Below, piece after piece: positions 9,389 through 16,993 of a stretch of 31,094 nt of DNA; position 1 is the stretch's first letter; every line of letters begins with the position of its first letter. Below the pieces are notes generated by a model. That model had not been told where the DNA came from and made no database searches. It was given only the letters and a program-made list of their open reading frames with translations. Where the stretch lies: the NCBI GenBank assembly GCA_963780225.1, contig CAWAAX010000008.1, forward strand, positions 1 through 31,094, written 5' to 3'. The translations under genes and the position numbers were made by a program. This stretch comes from an uncultured bacterium (lineage in GTDB: Bacteria; Edwardsbacteria; AC1; EtOH8).

Positions 9389-10003
9389 ATGAAAAGAGTA
9401 CTGCTACTCCTGTCCTTGCTTCTTTGCTTTATCCTTCCCGCCTTTGCCCAGAAGCCCCACGGCATCGTCAACCTTAAAACAGTTGACGTGATCATCGACG
9501 GCAGGGTCACCGATGGCGAGTATCCCACCCACTTCACCGATTCCTACACCGGCATCGGGGTCAGCTGGGTCTCGGATGGCAAGCTGCTCTACGTGGCGCT
9601 GGAAAGTCCGCACCAAGGCTGGGCGGCCATCTCCTTTGGCGAGCATAAGATCCGGGGCAGCGCCATGATCATCGCCTACCACGACCCTTCCGGCCGCCGG
9701 GTGGACGAGCACATGGGCAGCTGGGTCTCCACCCACAAGGCCATAGAAAAGCCGAAGCTGGTGGACTTTAAGACCGCCAAGACCAATTCCGGGATGATTG
9801 TGGAATTCGCAATGCCCCTGGCCCTTTCCAACGGGCAGGCCATAGTCCCGGGACAGCCGATGCCGTATGTGCTGGCCTATCACAATAGCAAGACCTCGTT
9901 CAAGGGCCGGCCCAGCCGCAAGTCAGCCGGGATGCTTATCCTGGGCAGGGCGGAGCAGGAGGGACAGGGAGAACAGACCGCCCCGGCCGATACCGTAAAA
10001 TAA
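9389..10003 (+). CDS. Exported DOMON-like domain protein (paralogue 1)
   Basis: AAGGAG RBS before ATG 9389; signal peptide MKRVLLLL...AFA; IDG...GEY, LYVALESPHQGWAAISFG, YVLAYH. Confidence 0.75.
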   Translation: MKRVLLLLSLLLCFILPAFAQKPHGIVNLKTVDVIIDGRVTDGEYPTHFTDSYTGIGVSWVSDGKLLYVALESPHQGWAAISFGEHKIRGSAMIIAYHDPSGRRVDEHMGSWVSTHKAIEKPKLVDFKTAKTNSGMIVEFAMPLALSNGQAIVPGQPMPYVLAYHNSKTSFKGRPSRKSAGMLILGRAEQEGQGEQTAPADTVK

Positions 10004-10015
10004 TAATTATTAAAC

Positions 10016-10049
10016 AAAGGGCTTTCGACCATATACTCGAAAGCCCTTT
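10016..10049 (+). terminator. Putative intrinsic terminator hairpin
   Basis: AAAGGGCTTTCGA-ccatatac-TCGAAAGCCCTTT. Confidence 0.7.
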
Positions 10050-10069
10050 AATGTTTGAAGGAGGGGATC

Positions 10070-10642
10070 ATGAAAAAGACGAACCTGTTATTTGCCGCAT
10101 TGCTTCTTCCTGGACTGCTATTTGCAGGCAAAAAGGATATCCAGAAGATCCCGTCGGTAGCCCGATCAGAGGCGAAGGTTGACGGTGTGATCGCCAAGGG
10201 AGAATATCAGTCCTTTTTCACCGATGCCAAGACCGGCATCACCGTACACTGGCAGGCCGACAGCGCCAACCTGTACTGCGCCCTGCAAAGCCCGGGACAG
10301 GGCTGGCTGTCGATCGGCTTGGGTTCTGGCGGGATGAACGGGGCGGTAATGATAATCGCATATCAGACAGGGGAAGGGGTCTGGGCGGCCGAAGAGCATT
10401 TGGGCAAGGCCTTTTTCCGGCATGCCATGGCAGAAAAACCGAAACTTATCGCGGCCAGGGCCGGGATCGTTGACGGGCATACCACAATGGAGTTCTGCCT
10501 GCCGTTGTCACTTTCCAACGGAAAGACCATCAACAGCGCCGGGGAATTGCCGTACATCCTGGCCTATCATCAGGACAAGCCCCAGCTTTCCAAGCACAGC
10601 AAAAAATCATCAGGCCTGCTGGTCTTGACTTCGGGGAAATAG
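10070..10642 (+). CDS. Exported DOMON-like domain protein (paralogue 2)
   Basis: GGAGG RBS; signal peptide; LYCALQSPGQGWLSIGLGSGGMNGA, YILAYH...KH; colinear with paralogue 1. Confidence 0.78.
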   Translation: MKKTNLLFAALLLPGLLFAGKKDIQKIPSVARSEAKVDGVIAKGEYQSFFTDAKTGITVHWQADSANLYCALQSPGQGWLSIGLGSGGMNGAVMIIAYQTGEGVWAAEEHLGKAFFRHAMAEKPKLIAARAGIVDGHTTMEFCLPLSLSNGKTINSAGELPYILAYHQDKPQLSKHSKKSSGLLVLTSGK

Positions 10643-10697
10643 CGGCTATAATTGGAAAGAGACCGAATTCCCAACCGCAATCCAAAGAAGGGGAGTT

Positions 10698-10982
10698 ATG
10701 GCTAAAATGACCGAAGTTCCGGGGAACAATAAGAAGCACCAGGTGGTGCTTTATGCCCTGTCCACCTGCATCTGGTGCAAGAAGACCAAGGAATTGCTGG
10801 ACGATCTGGACGTGCATTACCGCTATGTCTTTGTGGACCTGCTGGCCGGAAAGGAAGAGCAGGAGGTCATGGACCAGGTCAGGGAATTCAATCCCGGCTG
10901 CACTTTTCCCACCATGGTGATAGATAACAAAAAAGTGATAGTGGGTCTGAAAGAGCCGGAGATCAAGAAGGTATTGGCATGA
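10698..10982 (+). CDS. Glutaredoxin-like protein
   Basis: LYALSTCIWCKKTK (CxxC) and the cis-Pro loop TFPT; 94 aa. Confidence 0.9.
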   Translation: MAKMTEVPGNNKKHQVVLYALSTCIWCKKTKELLDDLDVHYRYVFVDLLAGKEEQEVMDQVREFNPGCTFPTMVIDNKKVIVGLKEPEIKKVLA

Positions 10983-11476
10983 GGACGACAGGCGAGATCG
11001 AGGCCGAGATCCTGGCGCTGGCCAATAAAGAGGGCTACACTCTGAACCCGGACCGGGAGATCAGGGAAGGGATCATAGAGGGCATCGCCGCCAATGAAGA
11101 GCGGCTGGGATACTGGAACTGCCCCTGCCGCAGGGCTTCGGGCGACCGCAACGCCGATCTGGACATAGTGTGCCCCTGCCAGTACCGCGATGCCGATCTG
11201 AAAGAACACGGCCGCTGTTACTGCGCTCTCTATGTCAACCAGGAGTATCTGGACCGGGGATCGCCGCCGGAGCCGATACCGGAGAGGAGGCCTGTTACCA
11301 AAGTTCAAAAGGTTGTAAAGGCGGAAAATGTTCAAGAGATATTGGCTGATGGCGGGAAAGACATAAAGGTCTGGAGATGCACGGTCTGCGGGTATCTTTG
11401 CGCCAGGAGCGAGGCCCCGCCCATCTGTCCCATCTGCCGGGCCAAGAAGGAAAGGTTCGAGGAGTTTAAGTTATAA
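10979..11476 (+). CDS. Ferredoxin:thioredoxin reductase catalytic-type domain fused to a rubredoxin-like domain (ferredoxin:disulfide reductase)
   Basis: CPCR...CPC...CYC motifs; C-terminal WRCTVCGY...CPIC; ATGA overlap with the glutaredoxin gene. Confidence 0.88.
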   Translation: MRTTGEIEAEILALANKEGYTLNPDREIREGIIEGIAANEERLGYWNCPCRRASGDRNADLDIVCPCQYRDADLKEHGRCYCALYVNQEYLDRGSPPEPIPERRPVTKVQKVVKAENVQEILADGGKDIKVWRCTVCGYLCARSEAPPICPICRAKKERFEEFKL

Positions 11477-11503
11477 GATAATATTTCAGTAAAAGGCACA
11501 GGG

Positions 11504-11555
11504 AACTCATCCCCAGCCCCTTCTCTTGCCAAGAGAAGGGGGGAGGGGTTGAGTT
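11504..11555. repeat. CCCCTTCTCTT/AAGAGAAGGGG palindromic repeat, copy 1
   Basis: Imperfect palindrome AACTCATCCCC...GGGGTTGAGTT; related copy at 27842-27924. Confidence 0.75.
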
Positions 11556-11577
11556 AAGCGATTTCTGACCAATATGA

Positions 11578-11613
11578 AAACCCCCGGACTTTGTTTCCAA
11601 AGTCCGGGGGTTT
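11578..11613. terminator. Bidirectional terminator between convergent genes
   Basis: AAACCCCCGGACTTTG-tttc-CAAAGTCCGGGGGTTT. Confidence 0.8.
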
Positions 11614-11638
11614 CTCTTGGCACAGAGCGGCGGCTGAT

Positions 11639-12142
11639 TTAAAACGGCGCGAAGCGGTTGGCCTCCCAGTAGGAGGTTTGCAAAAACTGCTGCTGCTTTA
11701 TCAAAGCCTCCAAATGCATCTCCTCCCAGCGGATCAGGGCGTTGAACAGGCGCTTGATCTTGAGCTCCTTGGCCTGGCGGCGGTAATTCTTGTAGCCCTC
11801 GATGGAATTCTGCTCCAGCAGTATCCCGATGGACAGGGCCGACATCTCGTAGTGCTTGTCGCCCACCCGTTCCTTGAACTCGGGGCTGAAGATGGGGCTT
11901 TCCTGGGCCGGGTCCACCTTGGACTTGATCCGGGGAGGCTTCAGCTTCAGGCTTCCCTGTTTCTGGTGATCGGCGAACATCAGCTCCAGGGTCTTGTGAT
12001 GCGACAGCTCGTCCTCGGCCAGCTGGCCGAACATCTGCCTGGCCTTGGGGTCCTCGGTGCGCTGGGCCGCAGTGGTGTAGTGATGATAACCGTCGTTCTC
12101 AAACTGCATGGCCTCCACCAGGGAGCGGGAAAAATCATCCAT
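11639..12142 (-). CDS. Ferritin-like (rubrerythrin diiron domain) protein
   Basis: E...ExxH pattern twice (AMQFE...DELSH; ILLE...WEEMH); AAGGAG RBS before ATG 12142. Confidence 0.88.
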   Translation of the reverse strand: MDDFSRSLVEAMQFENDGYHHYTTAAQRTEDPKARQMFGQLAEDELSHHKTLELMFADHQKQGSLKLKPPRIKSKVDPAQESPIFSPEFKERVGDKHYEMSALSIGILLEQNSIEGYKNYRRQAKELKIKRLFNALIRWEEMHLEALIKQQQFLQTSYWEANRFAPF

Positions 12143-12199
12143 GATAATTTCTCCTTTTGTATCTTGGATTTTGTTTGTTGGTAACCATTCAACCATTTG

Positions 12200-12646
12200 A
12201 CCACGGATGGTGCACCGATTGACGCCGATAGATCACACTATGCGCCTTATTTTTTGCAGTTTGGAACTGCCAAAGTTGAAGAGCAAACCTACGCGCAGTC
12301 CCGTCGTTTTCAAATAATTGAACAACTGGGCTTCATCGCTGGCAGTGAGTGTTGTTATTGCTTTGTTTTCAACAAGGACTTTCTCTTCCACCAACAGATC
12401 AGCCCTGAATTTTCTCTTGAAAACGGCGTTCTTGTAAATGATATCCAAATCCACTTGCCGCTGAAAACGAATATTTAAAGCTTCCAACTCGTAACACAAA
12501 GCATCTTCATAAACTGATTCCAAATATCCTGGACCTAAAACTTTGTGCACTTCAATTGCCGCACCAATAATCTTATACGTCAAATCTTCAAATAGAAGAT
12601 CAACCTTTTTGCCTTCATCGGTGTTCATCTGTGTGTCATCGGTGGT
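12200..12646 (-). mobile_element. Putative IR-bounded cassette carrying the GxxExxY gene
   Basis: 30-bp ungapped inverted arms at 12200-12229 and 12617-12646 (22/30 identical, three CRCNGAT units each); AT-richer than the flanks; splits two paralogous genes. Mobility is inferred. Confidence 0.55.
12233..12628 (-). CDS. GxxExxY protein (PD-(D/E)XK-like fold)
   Basis: IIGAAIEVHKVLGPGYLESVYEDAL, RADLLVEEKVLVENKA, QLFNYLKTTG, GLLFNFG; 131 aa. Confidence 0.93.
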   Translation of the reverse strand: MNTDEGKKVDLLFEDLTYKIIGAAIEVHKVLGPGYLESVYEDALCYELEALNIRFQRQVDLDIIYKNAVFKRKFRADLLVEEKVLVENKAITTLTASDEAQLFNYLKTTGLRVGLLFNFGSSKLQKIRRIV

Positions 12647-12690
12647 TAAAAACCGATTTGTTCTATCACAACGCTGAATAGTTTTGATTG

Positions 12691-13263
12691 TTATTCGTTG
12701 GATTCCAGAGTGAACTCCTGGATGCCGAACCAGAACCCCACGTCCTTGATGTGGTCCAGCTCGGCCTGGATCAGGTTGTAATGGGCTTCTTCCATCTCGG
12801 CCAGCCGGGCGTACATGGCCTGGGCGTTCTTGTCCACGGCCTTTTGGCCTTCGCGCTTGTAGAAGTTGGCGGCCTTTTTCTCCATTTCCAAAGCCAGGTT
12901 CAAGGCCGAAAGATCGTCGGAGCTGCCCTGGCCGGCCGGCGCCAGGTCCTTGGGTGACGACAGATGGGGGAGGATCTCCTCAATGTCGGATGGCTGGAAT
13001 TTTGCCTTGACCCATTTCTGCCCGGTCATAAGTTTGTCCAGTTCGTTTTCCAAAATGTTCAGGTGCCCCAGTTCTTCCTGGCAGAGCCGCAGGAACATGT
13101 CCTTGCCGGAGACGTTCCCGGTATGGCGGGCGAATTTGAGATATGTCTCCAGGGCGCTCTTTTCCGACTGAATGGCCTTCTGCAGGGCGTCCCGGCCGGC
13201 TTCGGCTGATTTGACTGGTTTGACAGGCTTGACAGGCTTGACGGGCTTGGTTTGCTTTTTCAT
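12691..13263 (-). CDS. Ferritin-like (rubrerythrin diiron domain) protein
   Basis: AIQSE...EELGH and ALEME...EEAH; N-terminal (KPV)n from a 9-bp tandem repeat; start chosen at ATG 13263. Confidence 0.88.
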   Translation of the reverse strand: MKKQTKPVKPVKPVKPVKSAEAGRDALQKAIQSEKSALETYLKFARHTGNVSGKDMFLRLCQEELGHLNILENELDKLMTGQKWVKAKFQPSDIEEILPHLSSPKDLAPAGQGSSDDLSALNLALEMEKKAANFYKREGQKAVDKNAQAMYARLAEMEEAHYNLIQAELDHIKDVGFWFGIQEFTLESNE

Positions 13264-13305
13264 GGAATGTCCTTTGCTATTTTGGAACGGTTGGCTCAAT
13301 GAGCC

Positions 13306-13334
13306 ATTCTAATACAAATACGGACGATTTGCAA
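13306..13334 (-). promoter_or_regulatory. Putative sigma70 promoter for the ferritin-like genes
   Basis: Minus strand TTGCAA-17 bp-TAGAAT. Confidence 0.5.
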
Positions 13335-13353
13335 GGCGGGTTGCCATCTTTTC

Positions 13354-13381
13354 ATTGCCACGACCTAAAGGTCGTGGCAAT
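13354..13381. repeat. REP-like palindrome, possibly also the glnS terminator
   Basis: ATTGCCACGACCT-AA-AGGTCGTGGCAAT; 13356-13383 is identical to 25324-25351. Confidence 0.8.
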
Positions 13382-13391
13382 ATTATCCCAT

Positions 13392-15074
13392 TTATTTCTT
13401 CTGTTCTTTTGACCAGCTGTCCTTCAAGCCCACCGTGCGGTTGAAGACCGGCTTGTCTTTGGTGGAATTCTTTGAATCCACGCAGAAATATCCCTGGCGC
13501 AGGAATTGGAACTTTTCGCCTGGTTTGGCGTTCTGCAAGCTTGGCTCCAGCTTGCAGTCCTTGAGCACGGTCAGCGAGTTGGGGTTGACCGGGCTTTCGG
13601 TTGAAGGGGTAAGCTCGGTGAAAAGCTGGTCGTACAAACGCACCTCGCCGGAAACAGCGTCAGCGGCGCTGACCCAGTGCAAAGTGCTTTTCACCTTGCG
13701 CCCGTCGGGGGAGTCGCCGCCCTTGGTGGCCGGGTCATACTCGCATCTTAGCTCCGTGATATTGCCGTTATCATCCTTTACCACTTCTGCACATTTGATG
13801 TAGTAGGCGTGCTTCAGCCGCACCTCCTTGCCGGGGGAAAGGCGGAAGAAGCCCTTGGACGGGGTTTCCATGAAATCCTCCTGCTCGATGTACAGCTCGC
13901 GGCCGAAGGGAACCTGGCGCCTGCCGGCCGAGGCGTCCTCGGGATTGTTGTCGCATTCCACCATCTCGCTTTGGCCCGCCGGATAGTTCCCGATCACCAC
14001 CTTCAGGGGCCGCAGCACGGCCATCACCCGGGGGGCGGTCTTGTTCAGCTCCTCGCGGATATAGTGCTCCAGCAGGGCGATGTCCACCAGGCTGTCGCGC
14101 TTGGCCACGCCGATCCGGTCGCAGAAATTCCTGATGGAGGCCGAGGTGTAGCCCCGGCGCCGCAATCCGGCCAAGGTGGGCAGGCGGGGGTCGTCGAAGC
14201 CCTCCACCAAGCCGTCCCTGACCAGCTCTATGAACTTGCGCTTGCTCATCACGGTGTAGTTCATGTTAAGCCGGGCAAACTCTATCTGCCGGGGATGGTA
14301 GATCCCCAGCTGGTCCAGGAACCAGTCGTAGAGCGGCCGGTGGTCCTCGTACTCCAGCGAGCACAGGGAATGGGTGATGCCCTCGATGGAATCCTCCAGG
14401 CCGTGGGCCCAGTCGTACATGGGGTAGATCTTCCATTTGGCGCCCTGGCGGTGGTGCTCCTGATGCAAAATACGGTACATCACCGGGTCGCGCATGTTCA
14501 GGTTGGGGTGGGCCATGTCTATCTTGGCCCGAAGGGTCTTGGCCCCGTCGGGGAATTCCCCGGCCTTCATGCGGCCAAACAGGTCCAGATTCTCCTCGAC
14601 CGTGCGGTCGCGGTTGGGGCTGTTCTTTCCCGGTTCGGACAGGTTTCCCCGGGTCTTGCTTACTTCCTCGGCGCTCAGGTCGCAGACGTAGGCCTTGTTC
14701 TTCTTGATCAGCTCCACCGCCCACTGGTACATCTGCTCGAAGTAATCCGAGCCGAAGAACAGCCGGTCGCCGAACTCGGCCCCGACCCACTTGACGTCCT
14801 CGATGATGGCGTCCACGAACTCCTGCTCTTCCTTGGCCGGGTTGGTGTCGTCGAAGCGCAGGTTGAACAGCCCGCCGAACTCCTTGGCGATGCCGTAGTC
14901 TATCCAGATGGCCTTGGCGTGGCCGATGTGGAGGTAGGCGTTGGGCTCCGGTGGGAAGCGGGTGTGGACGCTGGTGAAGCGGCCGGTTTTGAGGTCCTCG
15001 GCCACGGCCTCGCGGATGAAGTTGGTGGCGGCCGCGCCCTCGATGGGGGTCTTGATGTTTTCGGTGTTGCTCAT
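13392..15074 (-). CDS. glnS: Glutamine--tRNA ligase
   Basis: [49 protein letters not shown]; the upstream 'MCLSAFVA' extension is just a translated repeat arm. Confidence 0.96.
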   Translation of the reverse strand: MSNTENIKTPIEGAAATNFIREAVAEDLKTGRFTSVHTRFPPEPNAYLHIGHAKAIWIDYGIAKEFGGLFNLRFDDTNPAKEEQEFVDAIIEDVKWVGAEFGDRLFFGSDYFEQMYQWAVELIKKNKAYVCDLSAEEVSKTRGNLSEPGKNSPNRDRTVEENLDLFGRMKAGEFPDGAKTLRAKIDMAHPNLNMRDPVMYRILHQEHHRQGAKWKIYPMYDWAHGLEDSIEGITHSLCSLEYEDHRPLYDWFLDQLGIYHPRQIEFARLNMNYTVMSKRKFIELVRDGLVEGFDDPRLPTLAGLRRRGYTSASIRNFCDRIGVAKRDSLVDIALLEHYIREELNKTAPRVMAVLRPLKVVIGNYPAGQSEMVECDNNPEDASAGRRQVPFGRELYIEQEDFMETPSKGFFRLSPGKEVRLKHAYYIKCAEVVKDDNGNITELRCEYDPATKGGDSPDGRKVKSTLHWVSAADAVSGEVRLYDQLFTELTPSTESPVNPNSLTVLKDCKLEPSLQNAKPGEKFQFLRQGYFCVDSKNSTKDKPVFNRTVGLKDSWSKEQKK

Positions 15075-15088
15075 AATATTATTTTCTG

Positions 15089-15157
15089 CCACAAAGGCAC
15101 TAAGACACAAACACGATTTAAAATCACGATTTGGCTTGGTGTTTTGTGTCTTGATGG
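15089..15157. repeat. CACNAAG-unit inverted repeat between gltX and glnS
   Basis: ccacaaag gcactaag acacaaa ... cttggtg ttttgtgt cttgatgg. Confidence 0.7.
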
Positions 15158-15169
15158 TTAATTTTAAAG

Positions 15170-16617
15170 TTAGGTTAGTTTTGCGATTCCAGTTTTTATC
15201 CGTTGCAGGGTTTCCTCTTTCCCCAGTATCTCAGCCAGTTCCGTGGCCCCGCCGGGGGTGACCTCACGGCCGGAGAGGGCTATGCGCAGCGGCGTGAGGA
15301 AGGTGTTGGCCTTGATCCCCAGCGTCTCCACCACCGCATACAGCGCCTGCTTGATGGTCTCATGATCAAATTTATCCAGCTTCTCCAGCTCCGTCTGGCA
15401 GGTCTTCAAGTATTCCAGCGAATTCACCAGGTCGGTCTTGGCCTTCTTGTTGACGAACATATCCTTTGAATATTCCGGAAGGACATCAATGAAATCCACC
15501 CGGGCCGGGATGTCCGACAGCACCACGGTGCGCTGCTGCAACAGCCCGGACAGCTTACTCAGGTCAACGCCCGGACGTTTGACCGCCTGCTGCAGCCAGG
15601 GCAGGGCCGCTTCATAAAAGATCTCGGGCGTCATTTTGCGGATGTATTCGCCGTTCATCCATTTCAGCTTCTCCACGTCAAATATGGCCGGGGACTTGCT
15701 TAAACCCGCCACGGAAAAGGCTTCGGTCAGTTCGGCCAGCGAGAAGATCTCCCTGTCGTCCTTGGGATTCCAGCCCAGCAGGGCGATGTAATTAACGATG
15801 GCCTCGGTCAGAAAACCCTTGGTGTAAAAGTCGTCAAAAGAGGCGTCGCCGGCGCGCTTGGAAAGTTTTTTACCGTCGGGCCTGATGATCTGCGGGACGT
15901 GGACGTATTTCGGTTCTTCCCAGCCGAATGAGCGGTAAAGCAGGCAGTATTTGGGGGATGGGGAAAGGTACTCGTTGCCCCGGATCACGTGGCTGATATC
16001 CATCAGGTGGTCGTCCACCACGTTGGCAAAGTTGTAGGTGGGCAGGCCGTCGGTCTTCAGCAGCACGTTCTCGTCCAGCTGGCTGTTCTCCACGGTGATC
16101 TCGCCGTAGACCTCGTCTTTGAACCCGGTCTGGCCGTAGGGCGGGATATTCTGCCGGATGATGTAAGGTTCGCCGTTGGCTATTCTTTTCTTGATCTCGT
16201 CCGGGGCGATTTCCCAGCAGGGGTCCTCGTATTTGAATATCTTCTTGCGGTCCTCGGCCTCTTTTCGGAGCTTGTCCAGACGCTCCTGGGAGCAGAAGCA
16301 GTAATAGGCTCCGCCCAGTTCCATAATTTTTGGGCCTGCTCCAGATAGATGGCCTTGCGCTGGCTTTGGACATAGGGACCGAAGGCGCCGCCAATATCAG
16401 GGCCTTCATCATAGTGCAGTCCGGCCATCTTCAGGGTGCGGTAGATGACCTCCACCGCGCCGTCGACATAGCGCTCCTGGTCGGTATCCTCTATCCGCAG
16501 GATGAACTGGCCTTTGCTCTGTTTGGCCAGCAAATAGGCATAAAGGGCGGTACGAAGGCCGCCGATATGCATGTAGCCGGTGGGGCTGGGGGCGAAACGG
16601 GTGCGGACGGTTGGCAT
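15170..16617 (-). CDS. gltX: Glutamate--tRNA ligase, interrupted by a single-base frameshift near 16325
   Basis: [17 protein letters not shown]...LRIEDTD in one frame; AYYCFC...SHVIRG...KKLSKR in the next frame. Confidence 0.95.
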
Positions 16618-16690
16618 TGTTGTGATATGGGATTTGATGTTTGGGATTTGTGATTCGATTATTGGGGTTTGCGGGATGGTCGTCATCCAA

Positions 16691-16820
16691 TGTCATCCTG
16701 AGACCTGTCCTGAGCCGGGCTGCCTGCATTGCTGGCGAAGGAGATATGCCGTGCTTGACAAACCGAAGGATGCTCTTTCATCCCTCATTCAGCTAAGCGG
16801 TAAGAGGTCTCGGGATGACA
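16691..16820. repeat. TGTCATCC...GGATGACA palindromic repeat with a nested insert, in the gltX leader
   Basis: Arms 16691-16706 and 16805-16820 are 15/16 complementary; an inner CCTGTCCTGAGC...CGAAGGA segment is present. Confidence 0.7.
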
Positions 16821-16836
16821 GCGGATAAGTTAAATA

Positions 16837-16865
16837 ATGATACCAAATATGCCGGGCAAAGTCAA
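16837..16865 (-). promoter_or_regulatory. Putative sigma70 promoter for gltX-glnS
   Basis: Minus strand TTGACT-17 bp (ending TGn)-TATCAT. Confidence 0.6.
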
Positions 16866-16910
16866 AGGTAAATGCCACTAATTCAAAGGGTTTATTGATA
16901 TTTTATTAGC

Positions 16911-16939
16911 TTGATTTTAGGAAATAAATGTGATATAAT
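16911..16939 (+). promoter_or_regulatory. Putative sigma70 promoter for the hisC operon
   Basis: TTGATT-17 bp (ending TGn)-TATAAT. Confidence 0.65.
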
Positions 16940-16993
16940 AAACGTTTGCGTTAAAGCCATATTTGTAACCCATTAAACTGCATTAGGTTATAT

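Noticed and set aside
12197..12478. 93-aa ORF antisense to GxxExxY starting in the left arm
   Set aside because: It has a TTG start, no RBS and no recognisable features, and is best explained as a shadow ORF.
13809..15161. 450-aa plus-strand ORF and other long antisense ORFs (e.g. 6934-7998, 16988-17866, 20586-22283, 23697-24548)
   Set aside because: These are shadows of well-supported genes on the opposite strand, expected at high GC3, with no recognisable motifs.
16315..16335. Programmed -1 frameshift in gltX
   Set aside because: There is no in-frame X XXY YYZ heptamer, and other single-base errors in the window point to assembly quality.
16618..16836. T-box riboswitch upstream of gltX-glnS
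   Set aside because: No T-box consensus or terminator/antiterminator was seen; nested repeats explain the leader.
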